A DNA stretch of 64,000 nt, from the NCBI RefSeq assembly GCF_021028975.2, contig NC_059431.1, forward strand, positions 43,090,001 to 43,154,000. The letters run 5' to 3'. The DNA is from Sphaerodactylus townsendi (Eukaryota). The position numbers were made by a program, and so were the translations under genes. Within the stretch, counting starts at the first letter, position 1, and every line of letters begins with the position of its first letter. Below the pieces are notes generated by a model. It had not been told where the DNA came from, searched no databases, and saw only the letters and a program-made list of their open reading frames with translations. Positions 37,759-51,938 of this stretch are shown in pieces.

Positions 37759-40089
37759 GATTATGCAGCCTTTACAATTTTTGTTAAATTCCACATCAAA
37801 CCCTTTGCCCATTGAGTCACTGAGAGTAGATCATTTCTTTGAAGGAATCACTACAGCTAATTTCAGAATAAAGTTTTAGAATTCCTTTTCATTTGTACTT
37901 AATTTATTATGGCTTTTCCACACAATTCTTTTAAACTGTTTTGAGGCAGAAAATAAAACATTTCCTACATGGAGTTCTGTATTGTTTTTATCCCCAAACA
38001 TTTTATTTCCAGTCTGAAAACATTTTAAATGAATCCCTTTTAAAATTGATTGTCTGGCTGAAAACATTTTGAAAATGTCTTCAGTTGCTATGCAATCTAC
38101 TGACTACATTTCCCATGCTTCTCTTCCCTGAACTTCCTCCTAGGCACCATTTTCTGAGCTCACACAGTACGCCCTTGCCTGTTTAGTTGCATAAGTTCTC
38201 TGTTTGCTCTTTTATTGGGGGGGGGGGGAATCTTTGAAGCATCGAGCATATGAAGAGTTTAGAATGCAGCATTGATGCATCGATTCGACACAGAACTCAA
38301 AACAAAGGGAGAATTCATGTAATGGTGGACAGGAATTGTTTTGAGGGAGTGAGTGCAAACAAAAGGGGGAAATGAAAACATTTTAGGAGATTTGTGCAAA
38401 AATGGTCATTGTTTGACAGAATAAAAAACTATACTTTCAAGTCCTCACACCAAAACAAACAAAACTGTATCCTCAGATTGCACAGATTTTTAATCAAGTC
38501 ACTATAAGCCTAGCAGTACAAACCTTAGCAGAGTTACACCTTTCTACTGATGTCAATAAGCTTAGAAGGGTGTAGCTCTGCTTGTGATGACTCTGTAAAA
38601 CAGAAACAGAATAGGTTAGACTCCACACTATAATAAACTTATTCAGCAAATTAGTCCAGTAACATTTGTCTTGGTGATTAAAACTTTTCTCTCAGTTGAT
38701 TTGCAGGGTTGAGATTCAAGGAACAACATGGAGTCATTTGATGCCTATCATACACTATGATGGTTTCCTTTCTAGTCAAAGCTTTAAAAGTAGGCACCAA
38801 AACAAAGCTAATTTTTGACTGACTTCTCTCTTTCTGTTTTTCTCTGTCAACAAAAGATTGAACAATTGTTAAAGGGCTAATCTGCTGGCAAAATATTTGG
38901 ATTCTAGCTAGTTCGGGTACTTTATTTAATTTATAATTTAGAACATTTTATGCTGCCTTTCCACCCAGTTAGGGTTTCCTTTGCAGCAGCCAAAAGCCCC
39001 TGGTCTTAGTAAAAAGTCATTTGGTAGCTACAGAATTAGGCATAAGCAGCCAACTCAGTCTGTTTCTCTTCTTTCTGCTTCCCCATTTACAGTTATTGTA
39101 AAAGGTGCTTTATTTCAATACTGCCAGGAGCTTCAGCAGCAAAACCTAGCTTTCTTGCTGAAAGGGTTAACCACATAGCTAACTTTTCATTTTGAAGCAA
39201 ACACACAGCTGCATTCCAAGATCCAGAAGGCATCAACGATGTCTTTCAATACTCAAGGGTAAGCATGAAATCCAGATGTTTGATGATTTGTAATGCTTCC
39301 TTATATTCTCTCTCTGAATAAAGGGACAGATTGCTGCATGCAGAGAGAAAACACAGCACAATCATCTCAGCATCAGCATGAGAACCAACTGCAGCAACTC
39401 AGAGTTGTTAGTTGAGAGTGAGTTTCCTATAAGAATAAACTTAATTGCTTGTTATTTAAGAAAGAAGTCAATCATCCTTAAAATCCATCTTGGAAAGCCT
39501 TGTAGCTGCTATGACTCACTTAATAGGATGGATCCTCATTATTGGCTCGATGATTTTACTCTTTCAATCCATCATTGTACAAAGATAAATATTGAGACAC
39601 TTTAAATTAGAGAGAAGATAAGACAAAGAATGCTATTTGAAAGAGAATGCCATTAAGGCAAACAACTCTGCAAAATTTGGCAGGGGCCACATTCTCCTGA
39701 GACAGAAGCTGTTGATGTCCCCTGAAGATTAAATCTGCCCCTTGGGCTGCGTTACATGAACATTGCTTGCCTGTTTTGTATTAAGTAAACTATAGGGGTT
39801 TTTTTTTAACATCTTGAGGGCTAAAAATTTATCTTCAGTATTTAACTCCCCCCCTGCCCCAGCAAACTAGGAAAAATGAGATTAAAATATTTGGAAATTA
39901 TAGTCTCCCAATAGGTTCACTAAGAAATTAGATCTATAAGTGTTTTTTGCTGCTTACCCCTCTAGTCCATTTATTCCCATTTTGATCCCTTTTGCACAGG
40001 GAAAAACTGAGGGTCTGCAGTGGAAAAGAAACTGTTTCATTTTGTCCAATAATGGAATTACCCTGATAGGATACAGACCAATACTTTTA

Positions 40090-40245
40090 AGAGGAGAAGA
40101 GGAAGAGTTTGGATTTATACCCCACTTTTCTCAACTGTAAGGAGTTTCAAAGAGGCTTACACACTCTTCCCTTCCTCTCCACACAACAACTACTGGTGAG
40201 GTAGATGGGGCTGAGACTGAAGCCACCCAAGGCCACCTGGCTACT
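40090..40245 (-). mobile_element. 3' part of the same (CTT)n-tailed SINE
   Basis: gaagagtttggatttatacccc is the reverse complement of the tail of the 36772-37090 copy. Confidence 0.75.
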
Positions 40246-43200
40246 CAAAACCTGTCTGGTTCAGTGACTAGTATAGGTATAAACATGGGCAACCTGGATA
40301 TCAAACCTATGCTCACCTATGAAGTAACATGGGTGAAATTCAGTACACAATTTTGCCTGAAGTTAACTTACCTCACAGGGTTAGCTGAATATACTTTTAG
40401 TTACTTTGGAAATATGCTCAGCCTCATTCAATGAGAAATTATATTTTATGCTCAAGAATTTCTCCTCTACATTTTTTAAAAATTGAAATGCAGTGATGTA
40501 CACACAACTCTGGTTCATGCAGAGGTCCCCAAAAGCTCACCACCTCACCAGGGAAAAGAGGTCTGGCTCTCTGGTGAGCAGGGCAAACTGCAGCGCATAG
40601 ATTCTCAGTCTGGTACTTTTACCGTGGCGTAATTTGAAAAAAGTTTTGAAAAGTCACAGGAGCTTCTCTTGCTGTTTCTTAACACCTCCATAACCTAGTA
40701 CCTTGCTGCCAAATCTTCTACTTGTGCCAGGAGGACTGGGAGAGGACGAGGCAGCCAGTGCCAGTGATGCATAAAGGCCGGCTAGTAAGCCAAACCAATG
40801 TTTGTAGATCCCCTGGGGTCACCAGGCTTGGCAATGTATTGCTGAGCTTTCTTGGAGGAATGTTCCTGATAAAATTAATGAAGTCTTATCTTTGAAGTCC
40901 ATGTTTACATTTAATCACTTTGCTCTGAATTACATTCCACTGATTTGGGCACTTCCAAATCATTAGCAATTTTTTTTAAAAAATATTCTGTATAGTACTG
41001 GAACTAAAAAATGCTAACTTGTAGCAGTGGCATTAGGTTGTGTACTGGTTTGGTCTCCAAAAGCATCAATGTTTGCTCAGACTGAAGTTTGCCAAGGCAC
41101 AAAAAGGAACTAAGTGTACATACCATTGATATTTATTAGCTTGGGGTGCCTTCTGTTATTTTAGGATTTGCTCAAAGTCTCACTGCTGAGTACTTCATAT
41201 TCTGCTTGTTTAGTATAGACTTATATGGGCACAGTGCCTTCCCTTTTCCTTTTTGAAAATCATTCCTTCAGTTATGTTATTTTGAAAATGTGCCCAGAAT
41301 TCTTCCGGCCTAAAGACCCATAAATTATAAATAGCTATTACCTATATTTCTATTTAGTTTGAAAAACAGGCAGAATGTATAATAAACTGACACACGGCCA
41401 AAATGTGACCAAAATCAGCAAAACGAGCAGAGTAATGCTAACAAGATATAATCTCGTTGTGAGGCTCACTGCTCAAGCTAGCCAAGTCTGACCATGAGCC
41501 TCACACTGGGAAAGTTATTGTTGCTACATCTGTTGCTAAACTGTTAGTTCACATCTACATAGGAAAATGCCTTCTACTAAGCTGACCAATGATTTATCAA
41601 GGACAGTATTCTTTACTTTGGCAGAAGCTATACATGGGTGGCAGTCTTTCACATAATTTAATACCTAAACCTTTTAGCCGGAGATGCCAGGAATTTAACC
41701 TGGGATGTTCTGCATGTAAGACGAAATATATGAGGCATGTAAGACGAAATATATGAGGGATTTTTAAAATAACACAAATTTTAAAAATGATTTTAAGAAA
41801 CAGGAGGGTTTAAAAATTAATGATAGTACTTATGAGATGATAGGTAGAATTTATCACTGATCCTAGCTGGGAGGTAGAGAGACTTGCTGTCTTCTAGACG
41901 AAGGATTACTGCAGCATGACATGAACATCCCCATCCACTAACTAGGCATCCAAATATGGCGTTGCGTTTGTGCCTGGCCGCTGCTCCCACTGAGGCTTCC
42001 TGGCAGCATAGGAAGGCCTGTGAAGAGAAAAGGCCTCCCCACCACCCAGCAGCCTCTATGGGGCTGTTCAGACTTAAGTCACCATTTTGGGGACTTAAGT
42101 CTGAAGTGTCCACTGCCAGTGTATGGCAACGAATGGGCGGAAGGGAGTTGACTAAATTTGGACCCTTCCCCAGCCATACCCCCTGACTGCCCCCGCTGCA
42201 CCATCAGCATTAGTGCAGGGATGCTGCAGCAGCATCCTGCACAGCATTTCTGTGCTGAGGGGTGGGGGCAGTGGCCGCATGGCTGCAGTTTCACCCTTCC
42301 ACTGGGGTGAGAGCCCCAGGGAGGACAAATGGTCATTCCACCACTTCAGAGAGCAGATCCCTCCCCCCAGAATGGACTTTATATTTACCACGCAGCACCA
42401 TTGCAGTCATATGGGGAGGTGGGGCCGGAGGCATTTAAGGGGAAAGGCGTTTCGGGGCAGGGGGGGCACGCGTGGGCAATTCATGCCCCGGGCGCAGTTC
42501 CCCCTCCCTTCGTCACTGCTTTCTAGCAACTAAAAACCCTTGGTAGCTTGTGGATATTTGGTAGCTAGTGGATTAGGCACAAATAATCACCGTAGGTTTT
42601 TGTCTTCTGAATAAAAATGTAGTGCTATCAAGGCAAACTCTGTTGCTGATGTTCAGGTGATGATAGTGGTGATCTCTACATGACTTTGCAAAGAAAAAAG
42701 CAAGACAGGCCCCAAATCATAATAAGGCATCTCTTACAATCTTATTATGAAACAAAGTTCAATAATGTTTTAAAATCTATACCAGTGTTATATGCCATTA
42801 AAGGTTAAAATGAAATGAAAAATATACCAGTGTAAAATGATAATAAAATTCCTTACAATTGAATTTAGCATATAACAATGATTATATATATATATATATA
42901 TATAAATAAATGTTGCTTCATCTTGTACCACAACATGCAAAGATATAATTCTGTTTTACACTTAGTGCAAATCTATGTCATCTCAGTTCACGGACTGGGC
43001 TGTTAACGGAATTGGATTACCTTTTAAGAGATCAACAGTGTAATCGTATGCAGTTACTCTAGTGTAAACTTATTTATTTATTTTTAATTTGATTTATAGG
43101 CCACCCTTCCCCAAATGGGCTCAGGCAGTTACTTACTGAAAGCAATAGGCTTAAAGTAAAATACTGTAACTTTTAGAAAGGAAAATTCTCTAACAGCATG

Positions 43201-44072
43201 AACTTTTCACATATTGTTATTTCTCCATTTTTTCTCTGGGTTTCTATACTAATGTTACATTGCTAACAAAACTGTAGTTCTGATGTTAGAATTCAAAACA
43301 TATAGTAAACCTTGATATGTGCTTTTTGTCCTAATGCCCATTTTTTCCTAAAAAAGACTGGTTCATGCTAAAGTGTCTATTCTTTTAAAATACAAACTAA
43401 ATCCTCATACGTTATGGGTAAAATATCAGCGTTTTCTCTCTTAGTTGCCTGTTAAAATGAAGGCTGTAACTATAAGATTGTTTTAAAACTAACTGACTTA
43501 AGGTCAAAGAGTTCTTGTTCCATCTTTTCAATCACACGTCTCTGGTTTAAAAGAGAGCTGCCAAACCCATGGCTATATTTATAGCTTAGCAACTCTACTA
43601 AATAGGAAGTTCACTCTCTTGTTGGCAGTTGCTCCCATCACATGGTACCAGTGGTCCAACTGGAAAGAGGCTTTAAGCAAATTTACTCTACCAAACCTGA
43701 GATAACCTTGGTTTTAGCTAAAAATACCGTGGCTGGCATTTAATTGCGTAGGATATTAAAAAGTAGTCAGTACTCCCAAGTAGTATTTATGTCTTGGGTA
43801 GACTCCCAAGGTAAAATTGTGGCTGCTTTCAGGATTATTTTTCCAAACAATCCAACCAACAAAAGAGCATAGTTTTGAAAACATGGACATCTCAAACCTA
43901 AGTAGCTTTTTCCGTTTCCCATTTTCCCATCATGGTATAATTTGTTAAAATGATGCAGAAACTGCTTGCCCCTTGTGCATGCATCAGAAGTACCTTCATT
44001 TTATAATCACTGAAATAAAACTCACCAGCAACCATACTTCTTTATCACGGGAATAATTTCATTGCATGGTTG

Positions 44073-44082
44073 CTATTTTTAG
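44073..44082. promoter_or_regulatory. Consensus MEF2 binding site CTATTTTTAG
   Basis: Exact CTA(W)4TAG; function untested. Confidence 0.35.
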
Positions 44083-45777
44083 ATGCAGTGGGTGAAAAGC
44101 AAATTCATAAACTTCTAATCTGACAAGAAATTTGTACCCTAGCAAACTGAACCACAGGATCGTCCCATCAATGTCTAACATGACAACTAAGGAGTACACA
44201 TGGGCCCCTGTTCCTCATGAAGAAATGGTAAACAAAGAACTTTTGATATTTAAGACAGAGGAAGAGAACTCTCCAAAATAGAATCATTGTTGAATGATGC
44301 CACTGTGGCAGACGCTTCAACCTCACAATGACCTCTCATCTTCCTTTCTGCCCTACAGCAAATGACTCTTCCTAGTGCTCCAAATTTAAGACATAAAGAA
44401 TGCACATCTGCAGTAAGGTTTACATTCTAATTTGCCACAAAAAGAAACAAGGATTCTTGACACAATCAGACATTTATCTGTTCATATAAATGCTCCTCTT
44501 CTGCAGCAAGGAGTCATTTTGTCCATTTCCTTTTACCAAATTTCCAGTCAATATATTTTACATTTGAAAAGATCTTGTCTCTCCATTTTGTGGCTGTTTG
44601 ACAACATCTAAAGTCAACTATCTTTCCAAGTCTGCATCTGAGAGGGGAGGGGAGGTACAGAAATCTAATAAAACAAACAAATAAAATATACAAGTCGGCA
44701 GAAAGACAATGATTATGCCAGCCTGACATTCAGGAAAGTGTTCATCACAGTTCATGTAACTGTTTTCAAAAAGTCATCTTTGTTGCAGATTGCTGGCCGG
44801 TGCTTTTTTAGGATTGGGGGGAAGTTATGCTTCAACAAACCAGTAGAGGGTGCTCATTGTAGTGCAGTCAAGTTCCAATCCAATCTGGTTAATTCAGCAT
44901 TTACTTTTTATTTTTAGTGGCTGTCAAGAGAGCACAAGCTTCAAACAGATATTATCCAAGTGAAAGAGAATTTGCTTATACAATTTCAAAATCAAGAAAA
45001 GTTCTAATTGCTTTATGAAGCTTTTGTAGTACTGAAAGACACGAAACACCAAAGAGTCATGTGTGTGAGAATAAGAGAACGAAAAAGAAAAAAAACTTTT
45101 AAAAATCTGTTCTGCTTGGCCACCAGATGTAGCAGCTACGTTTCAGTGCTATGAGTGAAGGCTTAATACTGCTAGACACCATGTGATTGCCCATTTTAGA
45201 GCCCAGATGAGATATGTAACCTCATGAATACACAAGTATAAACTTTCATTATTAAAAGTTTGATAATTAACTCAAAACTACAAGTCTCTGTACCAGCTGC
45301 ACACATGTTTTAATCAGCAGAACCACCAATCAAATGCAGGATTCCTGTTCAAATTTAACTGGCCCCAGGACAAGCACGGGGCTGTGAAGCAATTCTTGAA
45401 ACCCTTCCTGTAAAGACTACCTCAATGATCCCAATAACACATTGGCTTGTGACAATTGCTGCAAGGGAGTTTGAAGAAGCTCTTTGATTTGGCTTTGCTC
45501 ACAACAGGAGTCAGTCTAGTTTCTTCCTAACATTAAGATTTTGCATGATTGTATATCAGAAGACTGAGTTTTGTTTTGCTGGAAATTTTCAAACACAAGG
45601 ATTGTTCAACAAACTGGAAACTTGGGAACACCGTTGCAAGGAGGGTTTTCAAAGCACCCACAGTTAACCTAATTATGTTCCTAATGATATTATACAGAGT
45701 TATTTTAAGACCAGTCTTGTACTGCTGTTGAGCCCGTAACAGTTTTAATAGGGGACGTAAAACATTCTTCTGTTTAC

Positions 45778-45825
45778 CTGCACTGGTGCCTGCACCGGTT
45801 GTGAGATCCCCACCCATCAGGCCAC
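45778..45825 (-). CDS. MEF2C: MEF2C 48-nt exon
   Basis: (G)GLMGGDLTTGAGTSA(G). Acceptor ctcctag, donor gtaaac, phase 1/1 matches the neighbouring exons. Confidence 0.96.
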
Positions 45826-46129
45826 CTAGGAGAAGACAAAATAGTTAAACTGGGAGAGCAGTTGAGAGAAACCACAGAAGTCAAGAGAAATTACAGTCTA
45901 TTCCACAAAGCAATGTAGGAACTACTAGAGTTTCTACCACTGGAGAGATTAGAAAGTTGGCTGTTTAAGCCACGCTCACTTCTGGCTACATAAAATATTT
46001 ACAAAGTGCAGAAGCATTATTAGCTTTCGGGTACCAGATATAATGCTTCCTGACCTAGTAGTCAAAAAACAACCACATGTTCAGATAAAAAACTGTACAC
46101 CTCACTGTGTTATGATTGTACACAGTGGC

Positions 46130-46331
46130 AGAAGGTGCCCTCAAATCACAGCCAACTTATGGAGACTCCTGAAGATATTTTCAAGGCAAGAGATGGCTTG
46201 CCATTTCCTGACTTTGTATTGTGACCCTGAACTTTCTTGGTGGTCTCTCATCCAAATACTCACCAAGCCTAACTGGGCCTAGCTTCTGAGATCTGACCAG
46301 ATTGGGCTAGCCTGCGTTATCCAGGTCAGGG
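46130..46331 (-). mobile_element. 5S rRNA-derived SINE (5S head plus Sauria-like tail)
   Basis: ggtctctcatccaaatact...agcttctgagatctgaccagattgggc is antisense to 5S-like sequence. Confidence 0.65.
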
Positions 46332-47053
46332 TGACTGCAAATAAAGCTTTTTAATGATGACATTTCTACTTAAGACGAATGAGGCTGGTTGATATCCCAT
46401 TTAATAGTTTTTATACTATTTGTGCATCTTATAATATTTTCATAAAATTAACACTCAGGCATTGCAGGAATATTTAAAGCAGGAACTTTAAGTAGTTCCT
46501 ACCAGGCTGTAGGAGAGAGGAACTAAGGGGGAATAGAGAGGAACTAAGGTAAGTGGGGGGGGGAGTGCTGTGAGGAGGCATGGGGGGCAGTTTTCCACCC
46601 TCACTGGTGCACGCTCGGTGCACAGCGCACCCCCCCACCCCCTTATAGTTCTGCCACTGGTCTTCACAAATCCTGAGCTAGTGGCATTCCTTTATTTTTA
46701 ACACCTTCCTTAGTCTGGAGACTGTGTTTTAACTCTTCCAAATTCAACATACATAAGGCTGACTCAGTTGCATTCAGACAAAATGAAGGATCCTAATCTC
46801 TGCTTATCCTACTTAGAGGTGATTCCTCTTCAGCACCTGTGTGGAAGGCTGAGTCTTGCTTAGACAACTCCTTGAGATGAAACAATACATCACCGTCAAT
46901 GAAATTCTAATGATCCAACACATTACCATAAAGGATACATGTAGCTGTTAGATGTAGATCCAGACAACCTAATTCCAAAAGGTACAGTTTTTAAACTGTA
47001 CTTCTGAATTGTACACAGATTTTATGGAGGATTCCTGAATAAAAGAAAAATGC

Positions 47054-47666
47054 TGTTACGGCCGAGGATGATTGAGCGTGAAACTCAGCATCGGAGGAGC
47101 TGATGCTAAGTACAGGTCATGTGACAGGGGACCCATCACGTGACAGGGGAGCCTTGGCGCACCAATAAAAGGTGGTGCCCAGCCAGCCTGGCTTCTTTCA
47201 GAGGTCAGTGAGCAAGCAGACCCACTCTCCCTCCTTGTGTTCTGGGCTGGTTTATTTATTTGGTAATGTTGATTGTTATTTTGCATTTGTTGCAGTTTGG
47301 ATGGTTATGGGCATAGCAGCACATCCTTATTGGGAAGGCCGAGCTTGCATGCCAGACTTTCCCATGGCTGGGGGCCTCAACAAGAGGTCTGGGGGTGGTG
47401 AAGGGCTTGATAGCGCAAGCCGCGGAGACTCTGCTTGCTACCCCAAGCAGGAAGGAGTGTCACTAAATGGGTACATGCCCAAGTGACACCTAGTAATTTT
47501 CTGTCCTAATCCCCAGTGGAGACGGTGCCGGGTTCAGTGTGCTTGCTGCCCGAAAGGCTGGGTTCAGCACGCTTGCTGCCCGGTGGCCAGGATGTGCCCC
47601 GTATGCTCGCCCAGCTTCTTACGTTGCTTATTAATAAATGGGCTGCGACCAATTTCTATTCCAACA
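47054..47666 (+). mobile_element. Solo LTR
   Basis: TGTT...AACA ends; flanks aatgc / aaagc (4/5); TATA-like ccaataaaagg near 47163; AATAAA near 47633; many CpGs retained. The right end could extend to ~47699. Confidence 0.7.
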
Positions 47667-47799
47667 AAAGCTGAGGCAGTGGTCAATGGTAAGCAAACAT
47701 CTGCACATCAGCATGCAAAATGCCTTGCATGCTATCTATATGTTACATCTAAATTTTGTCCTTATTCCAAGGTGCTCAGTGAGGTAAACTGATTGCCCC

Positions 47800-48097
47800 A
47801 CCTCCATGCTATCCCCACAATAACTTTGTTAAGTAGGTTAAGGTGAGATAGAATTACTTCGCCAAAATCAATCAATGAGATTAATGGCTGAAGAGATATT
47901 TGAACTCAGGTCTCCCCAGTCTTAGCCCAATGCTCTAATCTAGGAGTGTCCAACTCTCTCTCTCTAGATGTTCACGGACTATGATTCACATCAGCTCCTG
48001 CCAGCATTGTGCTGGTAGGGGCTGATGGGAATCATAGTACATGGACATCTGGAGAGCCAGAGTTGGACACCCCAGCTCTAATCACTTCACCATACCA
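47800..48097 (-). mobile_element. tRNA-derived SINE remnant interrupted by a MITE
   Basis: gatatttgaactcaggtctcccc is an antisense B-box region; the SINE continues after the insertion. Confidence 0.6.
47941..48075. mobile_element. Palindromic hAT MITE, perfect 8-bp TSD
   Basis: TSD ctctaatc at 47933-47940 and 48076-48083. Confidence 0.9.
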
Positions 48098-48384
48098 ACT
48101 ATCACTGGCAGATCGACTCATATTCATAATCTAGATTATCTACGAGTTCTTGGAAGCATTTTTACTGCAACTTGCATGAGCACATTCCCATGACTTGGGC
48201 TACTCTTCTCTTCATTATTAAAAATGTTGTCTTTAGCTATAACATTTCCTCATATTTCTAGCCTTTATCTTCAGGTACTTCTTATCTAATTCTGATTTAG
48301 AATCCAACTCATCCTTAAAAAAAAACACACAAAACACTGTATTTTAGAGTAAAAATGTTTAAAAGAGCTGTTCTTTTCTGATTA

Positions 48385-48702
<318 letters not shown>

Positions 48703-49362
48703 TCAGACTACAGTTATTCCACATTTAGTTCAAACATTTTATAACTCCTCGGTAAAACACAGAAAAGAAGCAAGAATGCTAAATGCTGTTATCAGCAATA
48801 TTTCAGCCATCAACAGGACCATTTTAAAAATGCTTAATGGATCATGAACTAATATTCTTCCCACCTCTGCAATTTCTACATTTCCTTTGCAAGTATAAAA
48901 AGACTGGTTCCCCACCCCACCCCACACACACACTGCTATTTAAAAGAAGCGTTTTTTCATTAGGCTACATTTCAGCCTTTTTCCATTCACTGAAATCATA
49001 ATTGCTTACTTGAGGAATCTTAAATGTGGTGGCGTAGATGAATGCAGATAAAAGATATGTGATTTCAATGATTTCATTGAGAAAGGAATATTAGAAAGAC
49101 AAAAAAGCAAAAGTACTGTAGTTTCAGTCTGAAAAATCTTAGAACCCGAGTATTGTCAGCTTTGTGAAGAACACAAGCCGATGATATATCTCTCCTTTGG
49201 AAAATGTGTTCACCTCCTCTGCTCTTTGTGAATGCATCAGGACCAGTTCTGAGGTAATGTCCATGGTTAAATACATCAAAATGAGTTCGTGTTGAAATGT
49301 TACAGGAAAGCTGGTATAGTGGAAAAAAGAATGAGCTATAAACCCATCACATTATCTAATTT

Positions 49363-50070
49363 TAAGATAATAAGAAAAGCCATGCTGAATCAGACCAAAG
49401 CCCACCAAGTCCAGCAGTCTGTTCACCCACTGGCCAACCAAGTGCCTCCAGGAAGCCCACAAACAAGGCGACTGCAGCAGTATTATTCTGCCTGTGTTCC
49501 ACAGCACCTAATATAACAGGCATGCTCCACTGACGCTGGAGAGAATAGACAGGCATCATGACCAGTATCCATTTTGACTTGTAGCAATTGACAGCACTAT
49601 CTTCCATGAAGATGTCCACTCCCCACTTGAAGCCTTCCAAGTTGGCAGCCATCACCACATCCTGGAGCAGGGAGTTCTACAATTTAACTATGTGTTGTGT
49701 GAAGAAATACTCCCTTTTGTCTGTTTTGAATCTCGTACCTTCCAGCTTCAGCAGATGACCTCGTATTCTAATATTATGAGAAAGAAAAGCTTCTCCCTGT
49801 CCACTGTCTTTACACAATGCATAATTTTACAGACCTCTATCATGTCTCCCCTTTCCCACCTTTTTTCTAAGCTAATCAGCCCGAACCATTTTAACCATTC
49901 CTCCTAGGCAATAGCTCTTGAATCCTGATCATTTTGGTTGCTCTTTTCTGTACCTTCTCAAGCTCTGCAGGATCCTTTTTTAGGTGTGGTGACACACAGC
50001 AGCCGCACACTGGGTTGACATTTTCATCGAACTATCCACTATCACCCCAAGACCCCTCTCTTGGCCTGTC
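49363..50070 (-). mobile_element. CR1 LINE 3' fragment
   Basis: RT tail DVVMAANLEGFKWGVDIFMED and a CR1 3' UTR related to 2739-3025. Confidence 0.85.
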
Positions 50071-51420
50071 GCTAAATATAATTGTATCTAAAAATTGGAA
50101 CCAGTGTGTTTTTTCCCTCCGGATCTGGATCCGGATGTATTCACACAGCGGTTTACAGACTATTTGCCACCAACTCATCAGTTTTTTCCTTTCCCACCAT
50201 GCACTGCCTTGTCAGTATTAAAGAAAACTCAGCCTTAACAAGTATAAATAGAAGCTCATTTTGTCTAATTAAAGAAAATACATACACGCTCACACATACA
50301 TTCAGATGTTAAAAGTTGATACCACAGGTGCCGGTCCCTTAGTCTGTGTAAAGTCAACTTGTGTCGCACACTTACAAATCAGTTTCTGTAGATCCTGACC
50401 GAAGAGAACAGTTACTCAATTAATCAGGCCACAGTGGGGCCCATCTATCCAAGAAATAATTTGTTTGTTGGAATTCATATGTAACCAGCTTTCTCTCAGC
50501 CTTAGCCTCCCTCTGTAGTTCAGGGCTAATAGTACAGGCCTATCTGAAAGGATTGCTGAAAAGATAATGCACGTACAGTGTTTTGAATCTTTGGAACCTA
50601 TAATCGTGTTATAGGAACTTCAGTTTTAATGCTGTTGTTTCTGGTTGTTCATGAGAAGTTCTCAAGCCCAACTAGGTGCCCTTCTTCATTTCATGGTGCT
50701 TTCCTGCAAAATCCAGAGATACTGCATTCCTTCGCATACATTTCTTCCAAGATAGACAGAATTTGGAGTATCACTTATCAGTTATGCATTTCAGGTAATG
50801 CTTTCCTAAAGCAATTCTATTTTGTTTCCAATATATTACCGTGTTCCACTGATGCAACATTTCATATTTAATGCAAGGGTTTGCCATTCTCAACAGTAAT
50901 CAATTAGATGTAGAAGGTGAAAAGTGTGGCATTCAAAAATAATTTCTACTTCGGTTGAGATGGGCACACAAGCTTTTTGTGATGCACAGAAAAAGTAGGG
51001 GAAAAACATGGTAAAGAGGCTGTCCAAAAATGTATTACTTAATTCTAAACTCATAAAGGTTCATAATGTGCAGTAATACAAAGTTTGTATGATGACAGCA
51101 ACATCCCTCGCAGTTCTGTTATAGGGCAAAAGGGATTAGCATTTTCATTTACTTTGCTGTAACATCCTAATGTTCAGAATTGTTTCAGAAAAATCAACTT
51201 CAAACAAGAAACAAACAAGAAACAATTCTGAGATTTCCATGTAAGTGATAAATGTCTTACTCCCTGTGATACTATAATACATTACCAAAATCCTGAAGAT
51301 AATTTTCAAGATGGAAATATTGCCAAGCTGTCACTGCCACTAGCATCACCCATTTTTGTACCCTTCAGTGGTTTCCAGTCAGTCGAGGTTTTGTAGGTTT
51401 CTTGTGCAATTCCAAACTAT

Positions 51421-51938
51421 GGCCCTTTCTGCAAGCGGCGGCAGCGCTTCTCCACCGGCATAATTTATGCCAGTGGAGGTGTGGGGACTGCTCGAATGAG
51501 CAGTCCCAGCTCCCTCCCTAGCCAGACAGGCGGCTCCACATGGAGCAGCCTCTCAGTCACCCTCCCCCACTTACCTGCTTCTCCAGCATCACTCTGGAGG
51601 GCTGCAGGGAACTGCCCACGCTGCCCTCCAACCCCTGGAGGTTGGAGGACAGCGTGGCTGGGTCCCTGCAGTCCTCCAGAGCGAGGCTGGAGAGGCAGGT
51701 GAGTGGGAGCGATGGGGAAAGGGGCGGCTTCCCTGTGGTGCGGTTCGCACTGTGCTGCCAGGAAGACGCAGTTTTTTGAAAACCTCGCTCAATGAGTTAG
51801 GTTGTTAGGGACGGCTTCACGCTGTCCGGGGAACGGCAAGAATGCTGGCCAAGAAAACGCTGGCCAAGCAAATGCTCTCCCAGGGACGATGTTTTTGCCG
51901 TCCCTGGGACGCTTCATTTGGCCCATGCGGAAAGGGCC
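51421..51938. mobile_element. GC-rich Harbinger-like non-autonomous element
   Basis: TIRs ggccctttctgca / tgcggaaagggcc; internal hairpins; CpG-rich. Confidence 0.7.
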
